The position numbers and the translations under genes are program-made. Positions 10,392-21,100 of a DNA stretch of 64,000 nt are shown piece by piece. The notes under the pieces are model-generated. The model saw nothing but the letters and a program-made list of their open reading frames with translations, made no database searches and was not told the DNA's origin. Every line of letters begins with the position of its first letter. Within the stretch, counting starts at the first letter, position 1. This stretch comes from Rebecca billardiae RCC1528 (Eukaryota > Protista > Haptophyta), in NCBI GenBank assembly GCA_965240325.2, contig OZ251244.1:1054001-1118000 (forward strand). The letters run 5' to 3'.

Positions 10392-13012
10392 TGCATGCAG
10401 CGATCGGGAGGGATCGTACGCGCGGCGCTTTCTCATCGATCGCGCCGATGAGCACGAGCGGCCGGTACTACGGCTCGGTCGACGTTGGGAGCCTCAACGA
10501 CAAAGGTAATCAGCAGCGTTGGCTCGCGCAATCGGCGAGCAAGCTGGCGGCGCTTCCGGCGGGGCAAGGTGCTACGATGTCCGCACTGAACGGCATCATC
10601 GTGACGCACGGCCCGAACGCGGAGCACCGCATCAACACGCTCGAGGAGTACAACTCGACGTGGGAGACATTCAACCCATCCGCGGCGAAGATGATCAAGG
10701 TCAGTGCCGAGCGGATGGACCTGGCGCGTGAGAACTACGCGCTGCAGCAGCGGCTGCTCGACCATCGCCACGAGCACGAGCGCCGCGAGCACGCCGAGCG
10801 CCGGGCCGCGGCGGAACGCGCGGCGGCGGCGGCGGCGGGGGCGAGGCAGGCGCCAAGCTACGCGCAGGCTGCCTCGGCGGGCGCGGGGAGTGGTTTAGCC
10901 ACTCCGGGCGGCCCGACGGCGACCGGACCGGGTTCAGGTCCGGCGGCGGGCGGCGGATCCGGAATTTCTCCGGGTCCGGCGGCCGGCACACCCAGTCCGG
11001 GTGTGGGCACAGGCGGCGCTGCAGGTGCGCCGGCTGGGACTGACGGCGCGACGCCTATGGGCGGTGCCGGCGTCGGCGCGGCGCCTACGGGCGGCGCCGG
11101 CGGGATGGGTGGCGCGGCGCCCGCGGGCGGCGCTGCCGTGACGCTCGATCCGCGCGCGCGTGAGCTCTACCGCCGCGAGCGCGAGACCGAGGATCAGATG
11201 CATGAGCGGCAGGCGAGCGAGCACGCCATGCTGGACATCAAACTCCGACAGAGCGTGTTGGAGGCAGCGCCGGACGGCGACGAGGCGGACCCCGCCAAGT
11301 ACGCCGGGGCGCAGTACGAGAAAGGGACGGCTTTCTTACGCACCGAGCTGCGGTCGTGGGTGACGGAGGCTGCGTGGCAGCACATCAACCGCCTCATGGA
11401 GACGCAGCCGGAGGTGCAGGAGGAGCGCGCGCGCCGGGGCGCACTTACGCCGGGGCGCGAGTTTCTGTACCTGTGGAAGACGATCCTGCGCATGCGCAAG
11501 CCCGACGACATGCGGAAGTACATGTCGGTGCGGGCACGCTGGCATCGGACGGTCCTGCCGGACTGCGGCAAGGACGGCGTCGGCGCCCTCGAGCTCTTCC
11601 AGGTGCTACAGCACAACCACGTGCTGCTGCAGGAGCTGAGTGACGCAGCGCCAGCGGCGGAGATGCTTGCGCGGCTCATCGAGTTCATTCCGTCGGTGGG
11701 CGCGGGCATCGAGATGCGGACGCGGTACGAGTCGAAGGACTACAGGACCGTGACGAACTTCGACGTGCAGGAGCTCGTGCACGAGCTCAACGGCAAGTTC
11801 GAGGACTGGGACTTCTCCAAGGGCAAGCGGGTTGACCGCGGCGGCCCTGGGCGCCCAGGGGCGGGTGGCCGCACGCCAGGAGGCGGCGGCGCTACCCGCG
11901 CGCACCCAATCGACGGGCTCCGCCTGGCGCAGGCGGCGGCGGCGTCGGCGGGTGGCGGCGGCGGCGACACGACGTCGCCGGCTGGCCGTGGTGGCGGCGG
12001 CGGAGGTCGTGGCGGTGGCGGCGGCGGCACTGGCCGCGGCGCCGGCCGCGGAGGCCAGGACGACTCCGACGACGCGCACGGGCCGCGCTGCTACAAGTGC
12101 GGCGCCGTGGGGCATATCAAGCGTTACTGCCCGCAGGTGACACAGGCTGATCGCGACTCGAACGCTGGCGATGACGCGGCGTCGACGCGGTCGGATCGCA
12201 GCCGTGGCTCACATCGGAGCGGCGGTGGCGGTGGCGGCGGCGGTGGCGGGGGCAGCACCCGCGCCGTGGTCGGTAATGGCAACGGCGGCGGCACGGTCCG
12301 CACGCAGGTCGCGTTCGCTCCCGAGCAGGGGGACGAGCCCGACGGCGCCGTTGGTGGCGACGGTGACGCTGACGCCGGAGACGGCGGCGGCGGCGGCGCC
12401 GGACTCGGCTTGGCGCCTATTGGCGCGGCTATCGGTGGCAGAGCGCAGCGCGACGAGGACATCGAGATCGTCGCGGCGCGGGCGGCCGAGGCACGCGTGG
12501 CGCCGCCGGAGGACAACACGCGGGCGTTGGTGTTTGACACTGGCGCACGGAAGAACATCGCCATGGCCGAGGATTTGACGAATCTTACCCCGGTGGACGG
12601 CGCATGTCAGATCGAGTGGGGGAACGGTGCGCGGGAGCGGGTCACTCACCGCGGGACCCTGGTGGTCAAGCTTGCGGCGGACGACGACAGCGACAAGGTC
12701 CTCACGCTCGAGATCGAGGCGTGGGCGTCGCGGCGCGTCACGGCGCCGCTGCTGTCGGTCGAGCACTGCGCGGACGCAGGCATCGAGTTCCACTACTCGC
12801 AGCGCGGCAACACTGCGGACTTTACGGCGCTGGGAGGCGGCGTCGTGCAGCTGCCGCGCGATTCCACGCTGCGCGCCGAGATCGTACGGCGCCAGGTGGG
12901 GCCGGACGTCGGCGATGCGCCGGCGGAGGCGCGCGCACGGCGCAGGGCGCCAGTGCGGCGCGTGGGCGCGGGGCGGGGGCGCGTTGGCGCTGCGCCGCCC
13001 CCAAACGCCTAA
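10391..13012 (+). CDS. gag: Copia Gag-protease ORF (start may be the ATG at 10448)
   Basis: CCHC knuckle CYKCGAVGHIKRYC; aspartic protease LVFDTGA followed by IEWGNG…THRGTL and PLLSV. Confidence 0.9.
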   Translation: MHAAIGRDRTRGAFSSIAPMSTSGRYYGSVDVGSLNDKGNQQRWLAQSASKLAALPAGQGATMSALNGIIVTHGPNAEHRINTLEEYNSTWETFNPSAAKMIKVSAERMDLARENYALQQRLLDHRHEHERREHAERRAAAERAAAAAAGARQAPSYAQAASAGAGSGLATPGGPTATGPGSGPAAGGGSGISPGPAAGTPSPGVGTGGAAGAPAGTDGATPMGGAGVGAAPTGGAGGMGGAAPAGGAAVTLDPRARELYRRERETEDQMHERQASEHAMLDIKLRQSVLEAAPDGDEADPAKYAGAQYEKGTAFLRTELRSWVTEAAWQHINRLMETQPEVQEERARRGALTPGREFLYLWKTILRMRKPDDMRKYMSVRARWHRTVLPDCGKDGVGALELFQVLQHNHVLLQELSDAAPAAEMLARLIEFIPSVGAGIEMRTRYESKDYRTVTNFDVQELVHELNGKFEDWDFSKGKRVDRGGPGRPGAGGRTPGGGGATRAHPIDGLRLAQAAAASAGGGGGDTTSPAGRGGGGGGRGGGGGGTGRGAGRGGQDDSDDAHGPRCYKCGAVGHIKRYCPQVTQADRDSNAGDDAASTRSDRSRGSHRSGGGGGGGGGGGSTRAVVGNGNGGGTVRTQVAFAPEQGDEPDGAVGGDGDADAGDGGGGGAGLGLAPIGAAIGGRAQRDEDIEIVAARAAEARVAPPEDNTRALVFDTGARKNIAMAEDLTNLTPVDGACQIEWGNGARERVTHRGTLVVKLAADDDSDKVLTLEIEAWASRRVTAPLLSVEHCADAGIEFHYSQRGNTADFTALGGGVVQLPRDSTLRAEIVRRQVGPDVGDAPAEARARRRAPVRRVGAGRGRVGAAPPPNA

Positions 13013-16000
13013 GCCCGGAACCCGCGCAGGTGCGAACCACAAACACTACGGAGGCGGCGCGAGGCGCTGATCCGGCGTGGTTGCGCACTTGGTCGGTTCG
13101 AACGGGCACCAATGACCAACGTCTACTCGAGCGCACGCGACGCGTGGCCGAGGGGATGGAGGGGGCGAACGCGCGGCGTGAGTCGCTCGACGAGCAGTCG
13201 GCGGCGGGCATGACGCGGCGGTCGTTCGCGGACGCGATGCCGACAGCGCACTACCCTGGGCAGGTGACGCACGTCGACATCTTCTCTATGGCGCGCATCG
13301 ACTTACCAGTTGGGGCCGATGGCGCACGTGGAGGGTATCCTCATGGGATCATATTCATCGATGGGCATTCACGTCGATGGCAAGTGTACGCGCTACGCAG
13401 CTTGGATGACGCCGAGGTTGGTCGGGCATTCCGCTGGTACGCGCAGTTGCTTGGAACAGGGGCCATGCACATGTCGCATTGGGTCCTGGCGTCGGGGTGT
13501 ACTATGGCGCGACGTCATATTCACACCGACGGTGGCTCGACGTTACTGAGTACGTACGTCGAGGGTGAGCTGGCGAAGCTTGGGTTCTCGTCGACGGTCA
13601 CGTCGGCGCCCGACTCGCCGAGCTCGAATGGCGTGGCGGAACGCGCTATCCGCACGCTGAAGTCGAGACTGCGCGCCACGGTCGTTGCGCGTGGAGTCTC
13701 GAGGGTCGATTGGCACTACGCGGCGTGGCACGCATGCGCGTCGCGCAATCGACTGGCGTCACGTGGTATCATTCGTGACGATGGAGACATCGAGTGGCTC
13801 ACGCCGGATGAGCTGTTCTTTGGCAAACGCCCGACGTGGAAGCATCACGTGGCGTTTGGCGCGCGCTGCCGCGTGCTGATGCTGGGCGCACGGCGCAATG
13901 CATTGGGGCAGCTGAAGCAGCGCGCACTACCCGGACGTGTCTATCTCTGGGGTGGGCACGGCGTGCAGTGGCGCGGTACATGGCGCTACGTACTCGGGTA
14001 CGTATGTCGTTTAGACGACGGACGTCTCGTTCACTCACGTGACGTACGCATCGACGAGACCGACCTGGTCGAGGGGGGGCACTCGTCGCTGGGCGCACCT
14101 GACGGTGGCGCGTACGTGGGTGATGGTGACGGCGCCGCGGTAAGCGGCGGACTTCGTCCGGTCGGTGGTGACGCCGACTGTGAGGACGAGGACGGCGACG
14201 GCGGCGAGACGCCAGCCGACGCCGGGAATGACGACGCGACAGAGTTCGACGTCGGGTACGACGACGACGCAGATGCGTCAACGTCGGGGCGCGGGCGCAG
14301 CAGCGTGGACGCGGGACATCGCGGGTGCAGCAGCGCTGGCGCAGAGCCGTCGACGCCGACGCCGCAGGGCGGGCGTGACGGGGCAGGCGCGTCGATGACG
14401 CAGCCGGGTCGGCAGGATCAGATACCGCCGACGGAATCACGGCGCGGGGCCGCAGCAGATGCTGGCGGGCCGCCGCGCGGCGCAGACGGTGACGACGGCG
14501 TGATCGAGGACGCGCCGCCGCCCGGTCTGGATATGGGACACGATCCGCTTCGCAGGGATCGGACGTCGCGCCGACGGCCGCAGCTGCTTACTGCCGTCGT
14601 CAGCGCCGCGTCGGTGTTCCAGAAGATCAACGTGAAGGTGCCGACGAACTATCGCGAGGCGATGCGGTCGGCGGAGGCGCCCCAGTGGCAGGGCGCCATG
14701 CTCGAGCACTTGGAAGGTCACAAGTTGCTCGGCACCTCGGAAGAGGTGGTGGTTCCGGAGGGCACGCGGGTGTTGCCGAGCCAATGGGTCTTTGACGTCA
14801 AGTCGAACCCGGAGGGCGAGGTGACGCGCTTCAAGGCGCGGTCGGTGCTACTGGGGAACCTACAGCGGCCGGGGATCGACTTTCAGGAGGTCTTTGCTCC
14901 GACGATCCGGCCGGAACAAGTGCGACTACTCGTTGCGATCGCCGCTCAGCAGGCGGGCGCGAGGGTCGACTTGGGAGCAGCGTCGGTTGCGGCGCTGGGC
15001 ATACTGTCGAAGGGCGACGTCAAGGACGCGTACCTCAACTCGGAGTTGAAGCCGGATGAGCGGCCTCTCTTCTCATTCCCGCCGGGCTACGTGCCGAGCA
15101 CGCAGGCGCCGCCGGGGTACAAAGTCGTGGGCCGGAGCCTGAAGGCGTATCCGGGCCTACGCCAGTCTGGGCGCGCGTGGCATCGCACGCACCGCACCCA
15201 GCTGCTCGCGCGCGGCTTCTCGGAGTGTCCGAGTGCGCCGTGCATCTACGTCAAGGAGTCGGCGCCGGGCGAGTTCATCATCGCGGGCGGCTTTGTCGAC
15301 GACTTGCTGTTTCTCAACCTGACGCGCGACGCGCGCGCAGTGGAGAAGCTGGCGGCTGACCTGAAGGAGCACTACGAGATCAAGCTGAGTGAGCGGCTCG
15401 ATAAGTTCCTGGGCGCCGTGTTTGAAGTTCATGACGACGGCATCCTGATGCATCTGGGGCCGTACGTCGAGAGCGTGCTTCAGCGGTTCGGTTTGAACGC
15501 GAGCACGCCGGCGCGCACGCCGGAGCCGGCGGCGCGGACGCAGCTGAGCGACGACGATGAGGCGTTGCTGCAGCGCGCGGAGATTGAGAACTACCAGGCG
15601 ATGGTGGGATGTCTCATGTTTGCGATGGTCACGGCGCGGCCGGACATCGCGCACGCGGTGAACATGCTGACGCGACGCATGTCATGTCCGCGGGCGGTGG
15701 ATCTGGTAAGTGCGAAGCGCGTGCTGCGCTACTTACGTGGATGCCCGCGATTGGGAATCTTGTTCAAGTTTGCGACAGATTCCGAGCACCCCGACCTACT
15801 TGCTTTCGCTGACTCCGATTGGGCAAGCAATCCGGTGGAGACCAAGGGCAGGTCGACGGGTGGGTACATTGTGTTCTACAATGGTGCGCCGGTGTCGTGG
15901 CACAGCGGGCTGCAAGGTACTGTCTCGCTGAGCTCGACGGAGGCGGAGTACGTCGCGCTGAGCGATTGCTGCCGCGAGGTGAGCTACTTGCGGAGCATAC

Positions 16001-16284
16001 TCGAGTCCATGCGGCAGCCGCCGCGGGGCGCGACGGAGGTGCGAGAGGACAACAAGGGGGCTATCGACCTCGTGGAGAATCCTGTGCACCACAAGCGCTC
16101 GAAGCACATCGAGATCAAGCATCACTATGTGCGTGACGCGCAGGAGGGTGGCAAGGTGAAGGTGGTCAAGGTACACACCTCACTCAACCACTCTGACATC
16201 ATGACGAAGGCGACGGACGGTGCGACGTTCAAGCGGCACGTCGACGCCATCATGGTGGAGCGACACCCGACGCGCGCGCGGTAA
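13000..16284 (+). CDS. pol: Copia integrase-reverse transcriptase-RNase H, in the -1 frame relative to gag-pro (frame open from 12604)
   Basis: Integrase DDE (THVDIF, HTDGG, SNGVAER). RT motifs KARSV…QRPGIDF, DVKDAYLN, GLRQSGRAW, FVDDLL. RNase H motifs ADSDWA, STEAEY, EDNKGAI, RSKHIEIKHH. Confidence 0.95.
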   Translation, partial: PKRLSPEPAQVRTTNTTEAARGADPAWLRTWSVRTGTNDQRLLERTRRVAEGMEGANARRESLDEQSAAGMTRRSFADAMPTAHYPGQVTHVDIFSMARIDLPVGADGARGGYPHGIIFIDGHSRRWQVYALRSLDDAEVGRAFRWYAQLLGTGAMHMSHWVLASGCTMARRHIHTDGGSTLLSTYVEGELAKLGFSSTVTSAPDSPSSNGVAERAIRTLKSRLRATVVARGVSRVDWHYAAWHACASRNRLASRGIIRDDGDIEWLTPDELFFGKRPTWKHHVAFGARCRVLMLGARRNALGQLKQRALPGRVYLWGGHGVQWRGTWRYVLGYVCRLDDGRLVHSRDVRIDETDLVEGGHSSLGAPDGGAYVGDGDGAAVSGGLRPVGGDADCEDEDGDGGETPADAGNDDATEFDVGYDDDADASTSGRGRSSVDAGHRGCSSAGAEPSTPTPQGGRDGAGASMTQPGRQDQIPPTESRRGAAADAGGPPRGADGDDGVIEDAPPPGLDMGHDPLRRDRTSRRRPQLLTAVVSAASVFQKINVKVPTNYREAMRSAEAPQWQGAMLEHLEGHKLLGTSEEVVVPEGTRVLPSQWVFDVKSNPEGEVTRFKARSVLLGNLQRPGIDFQEVFAPTIRPEQVRLLVAIAAQQAGARVDLGAASVAALGILSKGDVKDAYLNSELKPDERPLFSFPPGYVPSTQAPPGYKVVGRSLKAYPGLRQSGRAWHRTHRTQLLARGFSECPSAPCIYVKESAPGEFIIAGGFVDDLLFLNLTRDARAVEKLAADLKEHYEIKLSERLDKFLGAVFEVHDDGILMHLGPYVESVLQRFGLNASTPARTPEPAARTQLSDDDEALLQRAEIENYQAMVGCLMFAMVTARPDIAHAVNMLTRRMSCPRAVDLVSAKRVLRYLRGCPRLGILFKFATDSEHPDLLAFADSDWASNPVETKGRSTGGYIVFYNGAPVSWHSGLQGTVSLSSTEAEYVALSDCCREVSYLRSILESMRQPPRGATEVREDNKGAIDLVENPVHHKRSKHIEIKHHYVRDAQEGGKVKVVKVHTSLNHSDIMTKATDGATFKRHVDAIMVERHPTRAR

Positions 16285-16311
16285 GCGGCGCAGCTCGCGG
16301 CTATGGCTGTC

Positions 16312-16320
16312 GAGGGGGGG
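16312..16320 (+). promoter_or_regulatory. Polypurine tract of the retrotransposon
   Basis: gaggggggg lies immediately 5' of the 3' LTR. Confidence 0.85.
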
Positions 16321-16932
16321 TGTTGAGCTGACGCAGCCTGGGGCGCGCATCTCAGCAGATGGCGTCGCCGCTGGGACGTCAGGGCCGGCGCCGCACCAGG
16401 CGGGCCGGCGTCATCAGCTACGGAGCAGTGGCTGGCTGGCGGCGCGCGCGCGCGGCGCGCGCGGCGGCAGGAGCGCGAGCGCAGCAGCGCTGGCGCGGAT
16501 CGACGTGGACGCGGAGCGCGGACGCGGCAGCGCGGACGCGGAGCGACACGGACGCGGCGCGTGCGCGGGCGGTACGGCCCGGCGCAGCGCGACACGGTGA
16601 CGTCGCACGGGCATGGCCCGGACGCCATCGTGGGAGTCCATCCAGATTTCCACTTTCGGAAAAGTGGGAATCCGGCTGAGGGCGGACGGACGAGGACGTC
16701 CGGGAGTTACGTCGGGACGGGCGGGTTTTCGGGAAGGTAACGCATTCCCCGGAGCCGGCCGCGACGTGGTCACCCCGCGACCAAAAAAGGTCGGCGGGAG
16801 GTTAGCTTGTCTTCGTAAAGGAGCGAAGGGAAGGAGGTTGCCTCTCGTGGTCGACATCGACGACGCGCCCGAGGACGCGCCGGTGAGCTCTTAGCAGGGC
16901 TCGAGACGCTCGGAGCTCGCGTTTACCCAATA
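16321..16932 (+). repeat. 3' LTR
   Basis: Direct repeat of 9780-10391. Confidence 0.95.
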
Positions 16933-17004
16933 ATATATATATAAGAATATATATAGTAGTTAACGACGTGATGGCATGCATATTAATGGTATACTCATTT
17001 ATTA

Positions 17005-18060
17005 GTTCTGGTGAACATAGCTTTATAAATAATTTTAATTCTTTTCAAAGCTCGGGGGGACCCAGCTCCGACCCCCTTTCATTCGGGTGTGACGTAGAAT
17101 TACTGCTGAGGAAAGTAATATACCCGAGCAGGAATTTACGAATAACAATGAGGCTCGAAACGTTTTTTGAGTAGGCACGCCTCGGGAATCGAGATGAACG
17201 CATCATGTCGTTATTACCTTTTTGAGCCCGCGCCTCATAGGGACGTCGTTGCGATTCCCACCTATTTGTTGACGCTTTTCTACGACCATCCGCACCCAAG
17301 TTGAGGCGGAACCGCGACGAGTGCTTTCGCCACCGCGCCGCGTGCGCTCGGCACACACGATTGAGTATGACGAACGAGCTCAGCGCGCTGCTGCAGGAGG
17401 CGAAGGCCGCGCGCGACACGCAGAATGGCTCGACGATGCTGCCGGCACTCGCGCTCGCACACACGTGCGCGACGAGGATCAGCTCCGCGGGCCTCCGCCG
17501 AACCCAGCGCTCAGATAGATGCCATCGTCGGCGTCGCGAGGTACTGCACCGATCTGGCGGAGATCCAGCGGCACGTGGCGGCGATCAAGCAGTTGCAACC
17601 GCATCAGATGACGTGCACGAACGGCCTCATGGAGAAGCTCGTACCACAAGGCACAAGCCTACCATAAGCCACCCGCTCGCCGACTTGCCCGACTACTACT
17701 CGCGCTGGCTCGTCATCAACGGGCGCCGCCTTCGAGCCGTCACCCGCGCCGCCCGCGGCGCGCGGCGCCATCGCGGAGGTGCGTGCCCGCCGGCTTGAGC
17801 TGCACAACACAACATGCACACCGACTCGACCCGCTCACGAGTACCACGTCGTGCCCGACGGGCAGTGCTCAGCGCCACGGCTGACGCGAGCCTCGCCGTG
17901 CGCCTCGGTGGGCCTTGCAGCACCGCGGTGGCGGTGCGGTGCTGACCGCGCTCCCGCGCCGCGCGCACGCGCCTGCGGCGCGCACGGATGTCGATGATAT
18001 ACTGTTGGTTAGCGCTGAACGGCCGAAAGTAAAACTCGTCCAGGCGCATCGTCGTCGGGT
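17005..18060 (+). repeat. Dispersed repeat with decayed coding-like sequence; homologous to 52795-52866 plus 53664-54830
   Basis: Shared blocks ttctggtgaaca, gacccagctccgaccccctt, taggcacgcctcgggaatcgaga, gagatccagcggcacgtggcggcgatcaagcag and cacccgctcgccgacttgcccgactactactcg. Frameshifts differ between the copies. Confidence 0.85.
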
Positions 18061-18179
18061 CAGTGCCGGCGCTGCCCAAGCGTACAGGCAGTATCCGTCG
18101 CGTCCAAGACGGCGGACGGTGTTCGACCAGCCCCACCGGGACAAGGCCGCCAGGCCCCCGCTGTTCAATAACTCATGCA

Positions 18180-21100
18180 TCATATCGTCAGGCAGCAGCG
18201 CACATATCATCGTCCTGATACGGCTGACTTGCCGCGGCGGGCCAGTCGCCTAAGAAGCTGGGCGTCAACAACGCGCGCGGGCGGCATCTCATCACGCGTC
18301 ATCTAATCACTGGCTCGTCATGCGGCTGTGGACGGGCGGCCACCGCGCGGCGTCAGGCCCCGCGTGCCGTCCCCGCGACTGCTCGGTAGTGGCTGTAGAT
18401 GGCGGTCGTGCTGCATGTTGTACATTCGAGCAGCAGTAGTCGGGCTGTCGGCATGATCGCCTTGCTGCGGCGGCTAACACGCTTGGCGCAACATGTACGC
18501 CTCAGAGGGTAAGAGTTTGGGTCGGCGCAGGTCATGGCCGTGATGAATGAGGCGACGACGGGGCCGCGGCCCGGAGTCCACTACACGGCGGGAGTAGCCT
18601 TGACTGTGAAGGGGACTTGCTTCAGAGCAGGTGGTGCGCACGAGTCGGAGGAGCAGGGCTGCTTGCCGCAGTGGCTGCCTTTGCAGCGCCGGAGCGGCGC
18701 GCGTACCCGTAGTAGTGCTGCTTGATGGCCACGGCCACGGCGCCAAGAGCAACGGCGGCCATGCCGACTCCTGCCAGCATGCCGACCACCGCTCCGCCTG
18801 CGTGCGGCTGCGACGACGCGTGCGACACCGGCAGACCGCGAGGAGCTGGCTCGGCGCGCGCCGCAATGAGGGAGGGCTCGAAGAGCTGGGCGGGGAGGCC
18901 AGGGGTGAGCCGGCGAAGCAGCGTCTCGGCGCCATGCCCGAGTGTCCCCAGGCCGGTGGTCAGGTCGTAGCCGACCGTAGCGTTGTAGCGCACGGCGGGG
19001 TTGAAGCACGAGCTGTACGGCCGCGGCTTCGCGGGGAAGGCCGGCGCGCCGATCTCGCCCCAGCCGTTGTTGCCGACGGTCACGTCATAGAAGGCGGGGG
19101 CGGCCGAGCCCGCCGTCTCCGCGTGCGCGCGGTACAGCAGCGGGTTGATCCAGCCGAAGCGCTCGCCCGTGAACGCGAGCGAGATCAGGCCGGCCATCAC
19201 GGGCGATGCGATCGACGTGCCAGACATAGGGTTCTCCACGCCCCCGAGGACGACGGCGAAGTTGGCGCCGACGGCGGCCACGTCCGGGTAGGCTCGCGCG
19301 CGCGGCGCCGGGCTGCCGAGCTGCCAGGAGAAGTCGTAGCCGGCGTCGGCCGTGAACACATCGCTGATGCCGCCTCCGCTCGTGATCAGCGGCGGCCCCG
19401 CCACGCCCAGGACGCCGTCCGCCATCGTCGTCGTCTCGCACTCGCGGCAGCCCAGCCCGGCCTTGAATGTGGTCGCTCCCACGGCCGTCACCCACGGGCA
19501 CGACGCCGGGAACTCGGGGCGGTACGCGTTGCACGCGTAGCTGCCGTTCCTCGCGCCCGAGCAGCCGCCGTCGCCGCTCGAGGCGAACGTCGTGATTCCC
19601 GCGAGCGCGAGCACGTACAGCTCGTCACAGACCGCGCGCAGCGCCTCCTTCTGCCCCTCGGTCACGGTGTAGCCCGGGGCGCTGCCGAGCGGCTCGGCGC
19701 CGGCGTCGTAGCCCTCGGGCGCGCCGTACGAGATGGAGAGGAAGTCGGGCGTCGGCCCCGCCGCCGCGTCGCGCTCGACGAGCGTGTGCACGTACTGCAC
19801 GAGCGCCGTGGTGAAGCCGCTCTGGATCTCGCTCAGCATGGTGAGGCCGGTGCCAAGGCTCACAAACTCGCCGTCCGCGTGCTGGTTGACCGTGAGCGCT
19901 GCCTGCACGTCCAGCGCCGCCTCCTGATCGACATTGGAAGTGCAGCTGGTGCACAGCCCGCTCGAGACGCCGTCCGCCGTGTACACCGCGGTCACGCGCG
20001 CGCTCGTCCGCGCGCCAGTCCGCGCCTGCAGGCACAGCAGGTCGGCCGGGTCGAACTGCGCGCCCGACGTGCCCGGCGAGAACTCGACGAGCCCGATGCG
20101 CGCGCGCGCAGCCGACGCGTTGAAGGTCGGGTTCACGCCGTACGAGTTGGCGAGCGCGCGCCACGTGACGGACTGGTACTGCTCGATGCGCTCGACGACT
20201 GCCTCCGCGGTGCACGCCGCCGGCAGGGCGTCCACGCCCAGCGGTGGCGGGTGGGTGACGCGCGCCGGCGTGCTCGGCGCCGCGCCGAGCAGCCGCAGGT
20301 CAAAGAGCGCGCCCATGCAGTGCGCGTCGGTGGGGATGGGCGTGCCCTCGATGGTCTCCGCCGCGAGGTCGACGACCTTTTGGAGCGGCCACGCGTCAAA
20401 CGCCGCGGTCGACTCGGCGCTCGGCTGGGTGCCGTTGCACACCATCTGCTTGTTCTTCATGCCGGTGCCGGACGCCTGCGCGGTGGCGCACACGAGCGCA
20501 AGCACGTTGGCCTTGGCGGGCGGGCCCTCGAGGACGGCGTAGCGCCCGCCGAGCAGGCGCCGGGCCACGGTGAAGCCGATGGCCTCGTACAGCCCGAGCT
20601 CGTGCGCGGCGGCCTCCGCCGAGCAGCTCAGCTCGATCCGCTCGGCTGCGGCGGACAGGCTGAGGTAGTGACGGCTCGCCGCGACGCGCGCGAGCTCCGC
20701 CGCGTCCGTCTGGTGGCGCGCACGGCGGAGCGCGAGGGTGAACTGCACACGTGCCGCCCCGCCTGCCGCGGGGTCGGCACCGAGCGCGAGTGCGGGTAGG
20801 CTGGCGAGCATCAGCCATGCGGCGGCGCGTGTGCCACGCGAGCCCATGCCGTCGTCGTACTCGTAGTCGCGGAGGAGCGCGCGCGGCTTAATTGGCTGTT
20901 GATGAGCAGCTGCTCGTCCGCCGGGTGATCGCTCACGAACTACGCGCGCGGTTTTGATATCGTGATGCAATATATAATAACCACTCGTCATGCATGGAAA
21001 GTTCTGGACTTGACGAATGACTGAATTTCGATCAGCTTCGCTGGCACGCGCTATATTTGTTTCGTCGTTTATGCTTGTCGCACCTTTAGAACGACGTCGA

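Larger units (their letters stand above)
9780..16932 (+). mobile_element. Full-length Ty1/copia LTR retrotransposon, young
   Basis: 612-bp LTRs at 9780-10391 and 16321-16932 with one difference seen (9802 A vs 16343 G). ATATA target-site duplication at 9775-9779 and 16933-16937. PPT at 16312-16320. Domain order PR-IN-RT-RH. Confidence 0.97.

Noticed and set aside
12604-12999. Independent start for the pol ORF
   Set aside because: Non-ATG start overlapping the protease, and the translation is not Pol-like until after ~13000.
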